Under the pieces are notes generated by a model. The model was not told where the DNA came from. It was given only the letters and a program-made list of their open reading frames with translations, and ran no database searches. This document shows, piece after piece, positions 1 to 9,496 of a stretch of DNA of 64,000 nucleotides. Source of the stretch: Halobacteriales archaeon (GTDB lineage: Archaea > Halobacteriota > Halobacteria > Halobacteriales > SKSH01); assembly GCA_046543335.1 (NCBI GenBank), contig JBKGZP010000003.1, positions 6,472-70,471 on the forward strand, written 5' to 3'. Position numbers and translations under genes: made by a program. The stretch's first letter is position 1. Every line of letters starts with the position of its first letter.

Positions 1-2
1 TC

Positions 3-1355
3 GCGCTGAGTCGCCACCCGTCCGAGGCGGCGAGGGTCGTCGACCACCCGGTGCTCGCCCTCGACGGCCCGCTCCAGCTGGCCAACCGCGGCCAATCGGT
101 GACGCTCAGCGTCAACGGCACCCTCGCCGACCGGGTGAGCTACCCCGGTCGGGCACCCGAGGCGCGGCGGTGGAACGTCACCGATCGACGGTGGGTGCCC
201 CTGGCGGCGACGAACTTTTCGCCGACGAGGGGGGTCGGCGCGACGACGGCCTTCGTGCTCCCCGACGCGCCCGGCCCGGTCGTGGCCCACCTCGAGCGGG
301 CGCGCGAGCGCATCCGCGTCGGCGCGTACACGCTCGCCTCGCCCCCGGTCGTCGACGCCCTGCTCGCGGCGCACGACCGCGGCGTCGACGTCGCCGTCCA
401 CGCGGAGGGTCGACCCGTCGGCGGCATCCCCGCGTCCATGGCCGACGCCTTGGATCGCCTCGACGCGGCCGGGGTGCCCGTCACGCTACACGGCGGTCCG
501 TACGCCCGCTGGGGCTACCACCACGCGAAGTACGCCGTCGTGGACGACCGCCTCCTCGTGGCGACGGAGAACTGGAAGCCCTCGGGACTCGGTGGGCGGG
601 CGAACCGTGGGTGGGGGGTCGTCGTCGAGAACGCCTCCCTGGCCGACGCGGCGGTCGACCTCTTCGAGGCGGACGCGAGCTGGCGCGACGCCCGACGCTG
701 GGGCGCGGTCCGCGATGCCGTCGACCCCGTCGACGTCGACCCAGCCGACGGCCGCTTCGCCGCGCGACACACCCCACTCGAGGTGGACCGCGCGGCGGCG
801 ACACTCTTGGTCGGTCCGGAGGCGGTCGAGGCCGGCCTCGTCGAGGCCATCCGCGACGCGGACGAGCGCCTCGACGTGCTCCAGATGAGCGTCGGCGGTC
901 GGACCACGCCGCCCGTGCGCGAGGCGATCGCCGCCGCGCGCCGCGGGGTCGACGTGCGCGTCCTGCTGTCCGGGTCCTGGGAGGTGGCCGAGGAGAACCG
1001 TCGGTTCGCCGACGAGATGGCCGCGATCGCGGAGGCGGAGGACCTCGACCTCGCGGTCGAGCTGGCCGGCCCGAACGCGCGCTTCACGCGGATCCACGCG
1101 AAGGGCCTGGTCGTCGACGGCGAGCGGGTCCTCCTTGGATCGGTCAACTGGAACAACCACTCGATCCGGGAGAACCGCGAGCTGCTCCTGGCCATCGACG
1201 ATCCGACGGTCGCGGATTACTTCACGAGGGCCTTCGAGGCCGACTGGCCCGGCCCCGAGCGCTGGACGCTGCGCCTCGGCCTGCTCGCGGCGATGGTGGC
1301 CGCCGGGGCGGCCGTCGCCGCGCACGCGAGGCGGCTGCGGGTCGAGGGGGACTGA
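3..1355 (+). CDS. Phospholipase D-family protein with two HKD motifs and a C-terminal TM helix; 5' end probably lies outside the window
   Basis: ORF track 51..1355 starts at GTG, but the frame stays open back to nt 3. Two HxKx4D motifs (HHAKYAVVDD, IHAKGLVVDG). Hydrophobic C-terminus LGLLAAMVAAGAAVAA. Confidence 0.8.
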   Translation, partial: ALSRHPSEAARVVDHPVLALDGPLQLANRGQSVTLSVNGTLADRVSYPGRAPEARRWNVTDRRWVPLAATNFSPTRGVGATTAFVLPDAPGPVVAHLERARERIRVGAYTLASPPVVDALLAAHDRGVDVAVHAEGRPVGGIPASMADALDRLDAAGVPVTLHGGPYARWGYHHAKYAVVDDRLLVATENWKPSGLGGRANRGWGVVVENASLADAAVDLFEADASWRDARRWGAVRDAVDPVDVDPADGRFAARHTPLEVDRAAATLLVGPEAVEAGLVEAIRDADERLDVLQMSVGGRTTPPVREAIAAARRGVDVRVLLSGSWEVAEENRRFADEMAAIAEAEDLDLAVELAGPNARFTRIHAKGLVVDGERVLLGSVNWNNHSIRENRELLLAIDDPTVADYFTRAFEADWPGPERWTLRLGLLAAMVAAGAAVAAHARRLRVEGD

Positions 1356-1357
1356 CC

Positions 1358-3232
1358 CTACGGCCGTCGGGCCTCGGTCGCGGGCTCCGTCGGCGCCTCA
1401 CCGAGGCGCTCGACGAGCGAGTCGAGGACCTCCTCGCGCCGGCCGCCGAGGAAGCGAATCGAGCCGACGACGAGGTGGCCGCCGCCGCTGACCCCACCGC
1501 CGCGGATCGATTCCGTGAGGTCGTCGACGATGTCCGGGATGTCGAGGCGGACGCCGTCGCTTCGCAACACGGCGAAGTCGTCGCCGTAGCCGATCGTGAT
1601 CGTCGGGGCACCCTCGCCGGCGGCGACTCGCTCGTCGTGGATGGCGGTGGTCGTCTTCCCCGGCGCGGGGTAGATGTGTCGGTGGGCGTACCGGTCGAGG
1701 TCGACGGTGTACAAGTCGGCACCGTTTGGGAGCTCGCGGTGCTCGAGGTGGGGTTCGGCGGCCTCGAGCTGCGTCTCGACCTCGATGGCCGCGCGCTCGG
1801 CGAAGAGCTCGACGACCCGACGGTGGCGCTCGGGGTCGTCGCACTCGACGTCCAGCAGGTCGTGCATCAGGTGGCGGCCGTCGCGGAATCGCAGCCAGTG
1901 GGCGGCGTAGTCGACCGCGTCGGTCATCGCCGCCACCCAGGCCGCGTCTCCACCGGCGAGCGCGAGGTAATCGTCCATGGCACTCGCCTCCGAGCGGTCG
2001 GCGGTGCCGGCCAGCGCCGGCAGCTGGTCGATCTCCTCGGTGATCGATGGGGCGACCATCCGGGCGACCTCGACGGCGAGCATCGCCGTGGTGACGCGGT
2101 AGTCCTCCCCCACGAGGTACGGGTTGACGTGGGCGTCGAGGTGGTCGTCGACGACCTCGGGGTCGGGGAAGTGGTGGTCGATCGTGATGACCGACAGGCC
2201 GTAGTTCGTCAGCGTCTCGATGGCCGGGAGGTCCTCCGCGGTCGAGCCGTTGTCGAGCATGAGCACGAGCGGGAGGCGCTGGCCGTGGCGGTCGCGTTCC
2301 TCGAGGGCGCGGTTGAGGTCGCGCGTCGCGTCGGCCATCTCGTAAAACGGCGCCTTGCTGGGCAACCGGCGCGCGAGGTACCGGGGCGCGTCGGGGTCGC
2401 CGTGGACCGTCTCGACGAAGCGCTCGACGGCGATCTGGAGCGGGACGCTCGCGCAGATGCCGTCGACGTCGGCGTGGTGGCGGACGCGGATCGGTCGACC
2501 GCGGAGGATCGCCTCGCGGATGCGCGTCGCGACGTCCTCGAGCTCGGGCCAGAGCGTCTCGAGGGCGTCCCACTCGACGAGCGGCTCGACGGTGGCAGGC
2601 GTCGCGGCGGCCTCGAGCTGCTCGGCGACGGCGTCCTCGGCGGCCTGGCGGTCGTCGCCCTCGAGCGCGGCGACGTCATCCGCCTCGAGCTGGAGGTCGC
2701 CGTCGTAGCGCTGGACGGTCCCCACGACCCGCACGACGTCGTCCAGCTCGATCTCCGGGTGCGCGCGCACGCCGGCCCCCTCGAAGGCGGCGACCGTGGT
2801 GATGCCGTCGCCGGTCGTCACGTGGAAGAGCGTCGGCCCGGTCGTCTGCTTGATCTGGGTGACGGTCCCGCGCAGCTCGACCTCGGCGTCGACGTGGTCG
2901 GCGAGGGTGCTCGCGGTCACCGCCGTCCGGGTCGTCGGAGGCGGGGCGGGCGCCGCGAGGTCCTCGCGAGGGACGAACGAGATGTCCCCGTTGTCGCGAA
3001 CGCGGTCCAGCTCGACGACCATCCGGTCGCCGACCGCGTACGTGCCTGACAGGTTCGACTCGTGGACGAGGCCGGAAATGGAATCGTTGAGGTCGACGAA
3101 GACACCGTACTCGACGATCCCGTTGATCGTGGCGACGTACGGGGTGTCGGGCTCGATGTCGTCGACGGTGGCCGAGTCCGGCAATCGGACGGGCTCGGCC
3201 CGGGCGTCGTCCACCGGTGTGTCGGTGGTCAT
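1358..3232 (-). CDS. RecJ-like DHH/DHHA1 phosphoesterase with N-terminal S1 and OB-fold domains (haloarchaeal RecJ3/4-type)
   Basis: 624-aa ORF with ATG start. S1-like segment GIVEYGVFVDLNDSISGLVHESNL, DHH motif VITIDHHFP, and a C-terminal GGGH-like motif (SGGGHLVVGS). Confidence 0.85.
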   Translation of the reverse strand: MTTDTPVDDARAEPVRLPDSATVDDIEPDTPYVATINGIVEYGVFVDLNDSISGLVHESNLSGTYAVGDRMVVELDRVRDNGDISFVPREDLAAPAPPPTTRTAVTASTLADHVDAEVELRGTVTQIKQTTGPTLFHVTTGDGITTVAAFEGAGVRAHPEIELDDVVRVVGTVQRYDGDLQLEADDVAALEGDDRQAAEDAVAEQLEAAATPATVEPLVEWDALETLWPELEDVATRIREAILRGRPIRVRHHADVDGICASVPLQIAVERFVETVHGDPDAPRYLARRLPSKAPFYEMADATRDLNRALEERDRHGQRLPLVLMLDNGSTAEDLPAIETLTNYGLSVITIDHHFPDPEVVDDHLDAHVNPYLVGEDYRVTTAMLAVEVARMVAPSITEEIDQLPALAGTADRSEASAMDDYLALAGGDAAWVAAMTDAVDYAAHWLRFRDGRHLMHDLLDVECDDPERHRRVVELFAERAAIEVETQLEAAEPHLEHRELPNGADLYTVDLDRYAHRHIYPAPGKTTTAIHDERVAAGEGAPTITIGYGDDFAVLRSDGVRLDIPDIVDDLTESIRGGGVSGGGHLVVGSIRFLGGRREEVLDSLVERLGEAPTEPATEARRP

Positions 3233-3259
3233 CCGTGCGGTTGAGGTAGGCCAGCCCGT

Positions 3260-3298
3260 CGTTTAACACCTTTCGATGGCGGCCGGAACGTTTAGCAC
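3260..3298. promoter_or_regulatory. Divergent promoter with two TATA-like boxes for the RecJ-like gene (-) and the JAMM gene (+)
   Basis: CGTTTAACAC (3260-3269) and CGTTTAGCAC (3289-3298) are direct near-repeats. Each lies about 30 nt from the respective ATG (3232 on minus, 3325 on plus), consistent with leaderless or short-leader archaeal transcripts. Confidence 0.45.
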
Positions 3299-3324
3299 GC
3301 CGTTCGCGGTAGGGGCCCTCGAGG

Positions 3325-3822
3325 ATGGGCCTGTTCGACGCGCTGTTTCGCTCCGCCGAGGTCGTCGGGATCGCGAGGGAGACGGTCGACTTCGCGCTCG
3401 AAAGCGCCGAGGCCACCCACCCGAACGAGTACATGGGCCTGCTCCGGGGCACCCCCGCCCACGAGCTCGGCCTCGAACGCGACGGCCAGGTCATCACGGA
3501 CGTGCTCGTGATCCCGGGGACGACCTCCAGTCCGGTGTCGGCGACCCTCAAGTCGTTCCTCGTGCCCAACGAGGTCCGCTCGCTCGGCTCGGTCCACTCC
3601 CACCCCAACGGGGTGTTGCACCCCAGCGACGAGGACCTGCGCACCTTCGGCTCCGGCGTGGTCCACATCATCATCGGCGCGCCGTATGGGCGCGACGACT
3701 GGCGGGCCTTCGACCGCGAGGGCCGTCCCACCGAGCTCGAGGTCCTCGACGTCGAGCTACCCGACCCCGAGGACTTCTTCGACTTCACGCAGGCCGACCT
3801 CGACGGGGAGTTCGACCGATGA
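3325..3822 (+). CDS. JAMM/MPN+ zinc metalloprotease (desampylase-like)
   Basis: 165 aa. It has the upstream Glu motif ([11 protein letters not shown]) and a complete JAMM motif [14 protein letters not shown] (HxHx7Sx2D). Confidence 0.85.
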   Translation: MGLFDALFRSAEVVGIARETVDFALESAEATHPNEYMGLLRGTPAHELGLERDGQVITDVLVIPGTTSSPVSATLKSFLVPNEVRSLGSVHSHPNGVLHPSDEDLRTFGSGVVHIIIGAPYGRDDWRAFDREGRPTELEVLDVELPDPEDFFDFTQADLDGEFDR

Positions 3823-4256
3823 CCGCCGACGAGCGGACCGTCGTGGCCCAGGGAACCTTCGACATCCTGCACCCCGGCCACGTCCACTACCTCGAGGAGT
3901 CCGCGGCGCTGGGCGATCGCCTCGAGGTGATCGTCTCGCGCCGGTCGAACGTCGACCACAAGCGCCCGCCGATCCTCCCGGCCACCCAGCGCCGCGACGT
4001 CGTCGCCGCTCTCGCGGCCGTCGACGCCGCCCGCGTGGGGCATCCCGAGGACATCTTCGTGCCCATCGAGGATATCCGCCCCGACGTCATCACGCTGGGC
4101 TTCGACCAGCACCACGACCCCGAGGCGATCGCCGCCGAGTTGGCCCACCGCGGCATCGACTGCGAGGTCGTCCGCGTCGGCGCCCGACCGACGGAGGCGG
4201 GCGCGATCTACTCGACGAGCGACATCGTCGAGCGGATCCTCGAGCGCTACGGGTGA
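3819..4256 (+). CDS. ribL: FAD synthase (archaeal FMN adenylyltransferase RibL, cytidylyltransferase fold)
   Basis: The internal ATG at 3819 overlaps the JAMM stop (ATGA). Nucleotidyltransferase motif [14 protein letters not shown]. About 145 aa, typical of RibL. Confidence 0.8.
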   Translation: MTADERTVVAQGTFDILHPGHVHYLEESAALGDRLEVIVSRRSNVDHKRPPILPATQRRDVVAALAAVDAARVGHPEDIFVPIEDIRPDVITLGFDQHHDPEAIAAELAHRGIDCEVVRVGARPTEAGAIYSTSDIVERILERYG

Positions 4257-4660
4257 GCCGCGAGCGCCTCCACCAGCTCGATCGCGGCGTCGACCGCCCG
4301 CGCGCCGTAGTCCGTCCGGTCGGTCGCCGCGTCCGCGGTCATCCCCGGTCCGGCCACGCCGAGGGTCACCGGCGTGTCCCGCTCACGCGCCACGGCCTGG
4401 AGCTGGTTCGCGAGGGCGTGGCCGATCACCTGGTCGTGGTCGGTCTCGCCGGTGACGATCGCCCCGAGCACGGCCACGGCGTCGACGTCGTCGCGACGCG
4501 CCAGGCGGTCCGCCGGCAGGACCGCGTCGTACGCCCCGGGCACCTCGATGGTCGCCACGACCTCCGCGTCGGCCTCGGCGGCGGTCGTCCGAGCCGACTC
4601 GGCCATCGCCTCGACGATCGGGCCGTGGAAGGTCGCGACGACGAGTCCCAGCCTGACCAT
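4247..4660 (-). CDS. ribH: 6,7-dimethyl-8-ribityllumazine synthase
   Basis: 137 aa with ATG start. Archaeal lumazine synthase-like sequence ([11 protein letters not shown]..., [22 protein letters not shown]). Its 3' end overlaps the 3' end of ribL by 10 nt. Confidence 0.85.
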   Translation of the reverse strand: MVRLGLVVATFHGPIVEAMAESARTTAAEADAEVVATIEVPGAYDAVLPADRLARRDDVDAVAVLGAIVTGETDHDQVIGHALANQLQAVARERDTPVTLGVAGPGMTADAATDRTDYGARAVDAAIELVEALAAHP

Positions 4661-4751
4661 GTCTCCCCGCCCGCGGGCGCGGGACTAAGGGGTACCGGTC
4701 GTCGACGTCGTCCCGACGGCTTTTCGTCACCCCCGCCCGTCCGCCAGCGCG

Positions 4752-6434
4752 ATGGCCGCAACTCGGTCCCCCCGATTGCGCGATTGGACGGTCCCCGTCC
4801 TCCTCGCGATCACCCTCCTGGCGCTCGCCGTGCGCCTCGTCGGCCTCGGCGACCGCGTCGCGCACTTCGACGAGGCGCGCGTCGCCCACGACGCCCTCCG
4901 CTACCACAAGGCCGGCGTCTGGACGTTCGAACCGGTCGTGCACGGCCCCTTCCTCCCGAAGGTGAACGACCTCGTCTTCGGCCTCCTGGGGGCGAGCGAC
5001 TTCTCCGCCCGACTGGTCGCCGCCGTCAGCGGCGCCCTGGCGCCGCTGGCCGCCTGGTTGTTCCGCGAGCACCTGCGTCGCGAGGAGGTCGTCGCCCTCG
5101 CCGCGGTGCTGGCGCTCAACCCGGTGCTCCTGTACTACTCGCGGTTCATGCGGAACGACGTCCCCCTGGCGGTGGTCATGCTCGTCGCGTTCGGGCTGCT
5201 CGTTCGCGCGTACGACACGCGCCGGTCGTGGTACCTCTACGGTGTCGGCATCGCCGTCGCGGTCGGGATGTCGATGAAGGGCAACGCCATCCTGTACCCC
5301 GTTGCCTGGGCGGGGGCGCTCGCGGTCGTCGGGTACCTGCGCTTCACGGCGGGCGACCGGGTGCCCGGGCTGGACCGGGTACGCGACGCCAACGAGCCGC
5401 GGCGCGAGCTCGGCCGCCTCCTCGACCACGCCACGCCGTGGATCCGCGACGGCCTCGTGGCGGTGGCACTCGGGCTCGTGGTGCTGACGCTCATGTACAC
5501 CCAACGCGGGCCGTCGTTCCTGTCCCTCGGTGACGTCCTCCGCCAGCCGACGCTGCTGCCGGCGTACCTCGACGAGTCGATCGTCGATGCCACCCGGCGC
5601 ACCCTCGACTACTGGGTCTTCAGCGGCAGCACGGACACGCCGTACCTCTCCTACCTCACGCACTACCTCGAGACGCTTCGCGCGGGGGCGCTCGTCGTCG
5701 GCATCTTCGCCGTCATCGGCGTCCTGGTCGACCACCTCGCCGATCGCCGGCCGCGGGCGCTCGTGCTCTTCGCGACCGCCTGGGGGGTCGCCTCCGTCGT
5801 TGGCTACCCCATCGCCGCCGACATCAAGGCGCCGTGGCTCACCGTGCACGCGATCGTTCCCCTGGCCATCCCGGCGGCGGTCGGCCTCGGTCTCGCCATC
5901 CGCACCGGTCTCGAGGCGGCAAGCACCGAGCGGTGGGTCGACGCCGCGCTGGCGGCGCTCGTGTTGCTGGCGGCCGCGGGCCTCGTCGTCGCGCCGGCGT
6001 ACGACCAGGTCTACCAGCACCCCACCGACGACGACAACCAGCTCGTCCAGTTCGCCCAACCCGGCGGCGACTGGGGCGACACGACAGACCGCCTGCGGCG
6101 ATCGGCCGAGTCGAACGACGGCGTCGACGTGCTGTTCGTCGGCGAGACGTACTTCATGACGAACGAATCCGACGCCGACCACAAGCCCGCCGCGGGTGGC
6201 TGGTACGACCGCCTCCCACTGCCGTGGTACACCGAACAGGCCGACGCCGCCACCGCCAGCGTGGTGGACCCGGCCGACGTCGAGGCCGCCTTCGAGGAGG
6301 ACCCGCCCCCCGTCGTCATCGCCGCCGGCGAGGACTCGCACCTGGTCGACGGCTACGTCGACGACTACGAGCACCGGCGCCACCTGATGCGGCTGTGGAG
6401 CGAAGAGGCCGACTTCTACTTCGCTCGCTCGTGA
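4752..6434 (+). CDS. Polytopic GT-C-fold membrane protein, TIGR03663/Agl23-like (dolichol-linked glycosylation associated)
   Basis: 560 aa with multiple TM segments. The N-terminal pattern LLALAVRLVGLGDRVAHFDEARV is typical of ArnT/PMT-like proteins, followed by a large soluble C-terminal domain. Confidence 0.7.
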   Translation: MAATRSPRLRDWTVPVLLAITLLALAVRLVGLGDRVAHFDEARVAHDALRYHKAGVWTFEPVVHGPFLPKVNDLVFGLLGASDFSARLVAAVSGALAPLAAWLFREHLRREEVVALAAVLALNPVLLYYSRFMRNDVPLAVVMLVAFGLLVRAYDTRRSWYLYGVGIAVAVGMSMKGNAILYPVAWAGALAVVGYLRFTAGDRVPGLDRVRDANEPRRELGRLLDHATPWIRDGLVAVALGLVVLTLMYTQRGPSFLSLGDVLRQPTLLPAYLDESIVDATRRTLDYWVFSGSTDTPYLSYLTHYLETLRAGALVVGIFAVIGVLVDHLADRRPRALVLFATAWGVASVVGYPIAADIKAPWLTVHAIVPLAIPAAVGLGLAIRTGLEAASTERWVDAALAALVLLAAAGLVVAPAYDQVYQHPTDDDNQLVQFAQPGGDWGDTTDRLRRSAESNDGVDVLFVGETYFMTNESDADHKPAAGGWYDRLPLPWYTEQADAATASVVDPADVEAAFEEDPPPVVIAAGEDSHLVDGYVDDYEHRRHLMRLWSEEADFYFARS

Positions 6435-6474
6435 ATCCGACCGGTATTTGTGGTCGACGGGCCTCGCCGCGCCC

Positions 6475-7629
6475 ATGAGCCAGGGCATCAGCGTCCCCGG
6501 TCCGACCCTCGGGGTCGTCGGTGGCGGCCAGCTCGGGCGCATGCTCGCCGAGGCCGCCAGCCCCCTCGGGGTGGACGTCATCGTGCTCGACCCGACACCG
6601 TCGTGCCCCGCGGCCCGGGTCGCGACCGACCAGATCGTCGCCGACTTCGACGACGCCGAGGCGATCGTGCGCCTCGGCGAGCGGGTGGACGCGTTGACCC
6701 TCGAGATCGAACTCGCCGACCCGACGGGCCTCGATCGAGCGCCGGCGCCGGTGGAGCCGGCCCCGTCGACGCTCGCGATGATCAAGGACAAGCTCGAGCA
6801 GATGGGCACCTTCGAGGCCGCCGGGGTCCCCCTCCCGCCGCACGCCCGCGTCGACGACGCCGAGGACCTCCGGGCGGCCATCGACGCGTTCGGCTCGCCG
6901 GTGATGCTGAAGGCGCGCACCGGTGGCTACGACGGCCGCGGCAACGTGCCGGTGCGAGAGGGCGACGACCTGGAGGCCGCCGTCGAGGCCGTCGGCGGCC
7001 CGGCGATGGCGGAGCGCTTCGTCGATTTCGAGCGCGAGCTCGCCGTCATCGCGGCGCGCGGTGCCGACGGCGTGACCGTCCACGAGGTGACCGAGACGAT
7101 CCACGAGGAGGAGATCCTCCGCGAGACGCTCGCCCCGGCGCGGTGCGAGGCGCGGGTCGCCGAGCGGGCGCAGGAGGTCGCCCGCCTCGCGCTCGAGGCG
7201 CTCGACGGCCGCGGCGTCTACGGGATCGAGCTGTTCGAGGCGCGCGATGGCGAGGTGTTGCTCAACGAGGTCGCCCCCCGGCCGCACAACTCGGGCCACT
7301 GGACGATCGAGGGCGCGGTCACCTCCCAGTTCGAGCAGCACGTCCGGGCCGTCCTGGGCTGGCCACTCGGCGCGACCGACCGGATCCACGAGACGGTCGT
7401 CACGGCGAACCTGCTCGGCGACGACCCCCGTCGGAAGGCCCGCCTGACCGGGGTCGAGGCGGCGCTCGCGGCGCCGCGCGCGCACTTGCACTGGTACGGC
7501 AAGCACGAGGTCTACCGGCTGCGCAAGATGGGTCACCTGACGGTCACGGCCGGCACGACCGACCCGGCGGGGACCCTCGATCGCGCTCGCGAGCTGCGCG
7601 CGCGCCTCGGCTTCGCCACCGAGCGCTAG
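6475..7629 (+). CDS. purK: 5-(carboxyamino)imidazole ribonucleotide synthase (ATP-grasp)
   Basis: The ORF track begins at TTG 6448; ATG 6475 is preferred. LGVVGGGQLGRML N-terminus and ATP-grasp core, with purE immediately downstream. Confidence 0.9.
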   Translation: MSQGISVPGPTLGVVGGGQLGRMLAEAASPLGVDVIVLDPTPSCPAARVATDQIVADFDDAEAIVRLGERVDALTLEIELADPTGLDRAPAPVEPAPSTLAMIKDKLEQMGTFEAAGVPLPPHARVDDAEDLRAAIDAFGSPVMLKARTGGYDGRGNVPVREGDDLEAAVEAVGGPAMAERFVDFERELAVIAARGADGVTVHEVTETIHEEEILRETLAPARCEARVAERAQEVARLALEALDGRGVYGIELFEARDGEVLLNEVAPRPHNSGHWTIEGAVTSQFEQHVRAVLGWPLGATDRIHETVVTANLLGDDPRRKARLTGVEAALAAPRAHLHWYGKHEVYRLRKMGHLTVTAGTTDPAGTLDRARELRARLGFATER

Positions 7630-7660
7630 CCTTACGGTGCCGGCGGGGGAGCCCCCGCGC

Positions 7661-8296
7661 ATGCACGACGACGAGCGCGACATGATCGAGGCCCTCGAGG
7701 CCGAGGCCGCCGCTGACCGCGACCCGGCGACGACTCCCGACGTTGGCATCATCATGGGCAGCGACTCGGACCTCGAGGTGATGCTCACCGGTGGCGACCG
7801 CCCCGGCGCCTACGACGCCCTGGTGGACGAGCTGGGCTTCGCCGAGGTGACCGACCCCGACGACCCGCCCGACGCGCGATACACCTTCGAATCGTACGTC
7901 GTCTCCGCCCACCGGACGCCGGAGCTGATGTACACCTACGCGTCGACCGCCGCCGACCGGGGGCTGTCGGTGATCATCGCGGGCGCGGGCGGCAAGTCGG
8001 CGGACCTGCCGAACATGACGGCCTCGATCGCGTATCCGGTTCCCGTCGTCGGCGTGCCCGTCCAGGAGAAGTCCGTCGCCTCCGTCATCGGCATGCCCCA
8101 CGGCGCGCCCATCGTCGCCGTCGACGCGGGCAAGTCGTACAACGCCGCGCTGTTCGCCGCGCAGGTGCTCGCCATCGACGAGCCGGAGCTGCGCGAGCGT
8201 CTCGAGCGCTTCCACGAGGCGCAAGGCGGCGCGGTCGCGCGAACGAGTGCGGCGTTGCATCGCCAGGGGACCCCCACCTTCCGCGAGTCGCGTTAG
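7661..8296 (+). CDS. purE: 5-(carboxyamino)imidazole ribonucleotide mutase
   Basis: Motifs VGIIMGSDSDL, SAHRTPE and IIAGAGG. The ORF track starts at GTG 7637; ATG 7661 is preferred. It carries an acidic insertion typical of haloarchaeal PurE. Confidence 0.88.
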   Translation: MHDDERDMIEALEAEAAADRDPATTPDVGIIMGSDSDLEVMLTGGDRPGAYDALVDELGFAEVTDPDDPPDARYTFESYVVSAHRTPELMYTYASTAADRGLSVIIAGAGGKSADLPNMTASIAYPVPVVGVPVQEKSVASVIGMPHGAPIVAVDAGKSYNAALFAAQVLAIDEPELRERLERFHEAQGGAVARTSAALHRQGTPTFRESR

Positions 8297-8350
8297 GCTC
8301 GAACCGGCCGAAATCGGGCCAGCTGGCGGTTGTGGCGCAAGAATCAACCC

Positions 8351-8356
8351 TTATAT
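8351..8356 (+). promoter_or_regulatory. TATA-box candidate for the nuo operon
   Basis: TTATAT sits in a GC-rich context (AACCCTTATATGG), about 40 nt upstream of the preferred nuoA ATG at 8394. Confidence 0.4.
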
Positions 8357-8393
8357 GGCTGGCTCCAGAACGTCCGCCCGTACGGAGCTCCAC

Positions 8394-8801
8394 ATGAACG
8401 ATTGGATCGCCATCGCGGCCCTCGCGCTGATCGCCGTGCTCATCCCGGTCGGCATGGTCGCCGCGTCGTGGCTGTTGCGCCCGACCGTCCCCGAGCGACA
8501 CAAGCGCGCCATCTACGAAAGCGGCGAGGTCCCCACCGGGACGACGCGCATCAGGTTCAACATCCAGTACTACATGGTCGCCTTGCTGTTCGTCGTCTTC
8601 GACATCGAGACCGTCTTGCTGTTCCCGTGGGCGCTCGTCTACACCGATGCCATCGACGAGGTTGGCCTCGCGCACGCCCTGTTGCCGATGCTCGGCTTCG
8701 TCCTCGTGCTCCTCGTCGGGCTGGTCTGGGCGTGGCGCAACGGGGCGGTGACGTGGGCGGCCAGCCCCCGGGCCGAACGCGGGGGGGAACACACCCAATG
8801 A
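8394..8801 (+). CDS. nuoA: NADH-quinone oxidoreductase-like complex, subunit A
   Basis: NuoA-like sequence (ESGEVPTG..., YYMVALLFVVFDIETVLLFPWA). The ORF track starts at 8247; ATG 8394 (MNDWIAIA) or ATG 8355 are the plausible starts. Confidence 0.85.
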   Translation: MNDWIAIAALALIAVLIPVGMVAASWLLRPTVPERHKRAIYESGEVPTGTTRIRFNIQYYMVALLFVVFDIETVLLFPWALVYTDAIDEVGLAHALLPMLGFVLVLLVGLVWAWRNGAVTWAASPRAERGGEHTQ

Positions 8802-9496
8802 GTAGCGACCAGATCACCGACCTCGACCGAGACGTACTGACCGACACCCGAGACGCCAGGATGGGGCCCGGCGCCGACGACCGGTTCAACTCGAGGCTGC
8901 GCGAGCGCCTCGGCTCGACCCCGTTCATCCTCACCAAGTTCGACAAGTTCATGAACTGGGTGCGGGGCTCGTCGATGTTCGTCCTGCAGTTCGGGATCGC
9001 CTGTTGCAGCCTCGAGATGATCCACGGGCTGATGATCAAACACGACCTGGACCGCTTCGGTGCGGGCGTGCCACGGGCCTCGCCCCGGCAGGCCGACCTC
9101 ATCATCGTCCCGGGGACGATCGTCTCGAAGTTCGCCCCTCGCATGAAGCGCGTCTACGACCAGATGCCCGAGCCGAAGTTCGTCGTGGGCATGGGCTCGT
9201 GCACGATCTCCGGCGGGCCCTTCCAGGAGGGCTACAACGTCGTCAAGGGGGCCGAGGAGGTCATCCCGGTCGACATCCACGTCCCCGGGTGCCCGCCCCG
9301 CCCGGAGGCACTCATCTACGGGGTCGCGAAGCTCCAAGAGCGCGTCGCGAACGGCGAGTCGAGCCCGGTCGTCGTCAAGCCGTACGAGCTCGAGCGCTTC
9401 GGCGACCTCGAGCGCGACGAGGTGATCGAGCAGCTCGCCGACCGGATCGACGAGGACGCGCTGGCGATGCGGTACAACTGGGCTGATTCACCATGA
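8798..9496 (+). CDS. nuoB: NADH-quinone oxidoreductase-like complex, subunit B (N2 cluster)
   Basis: ATG 8798 overlaps the nuoA stop (ATGA). Fe-S ligand motifs GIACCSLEM, GSCTISGGPF and GCPPRPE. Confidence 0.92.
   Translation: MSSDQITDLDRDVLTDTRDARMGPGADDRFNSRLRERLGSTPFILTKFDKFMNWVRGSSMFVLQFGIACCSLEMIHGLMIKHDLDRFGAGVPRASPRQADLIIVPGTIVSKFAPRMKRVYDQMPEPKFVVGMGSCTISGGPFQEGYNVVKGAEEVIPVDIHVPGCPPRPEALIYGVAKLQERVANGESSPVVVKPYELERFGDLERDEVIEQLADRIDEDALAMRYNWADSP

Noticed and set aside
170-3049. 959-aa plus-strand ORF spanning the PLD gene and the antisense of the RecJ-like gene.
   Set aside because: It is extremely Arg/Gly/Pro-rich and low in complexity. It is out of frame with the HKD-motif ORF and antisense to a well-supported DHH gene, so it is a shadow ORF.
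3-4256. PLD-family + RecJ-like DHH + JAMM genes as a possible defence or anti-phage island.
   Set aside because: There are no other defence hallmarks: no ATPase/NTPase sensor, cyclase, TIR/SIR2, restriction/methylase or toxin genes. Composition is indistinguishable from the flanks. The genes sit among flavin and purine housekeeping genes in what I recall as conserved haloarchaeal synteny.
4383-6920. 845-aa minus-strand ORF antisense to the TIGR03663-like gene and purK.
   Set aside because: It has an Arg/Gly/Asp-rich composition and no motifs. The opposite strand carries convincing membrane-protein and PurK sequences.
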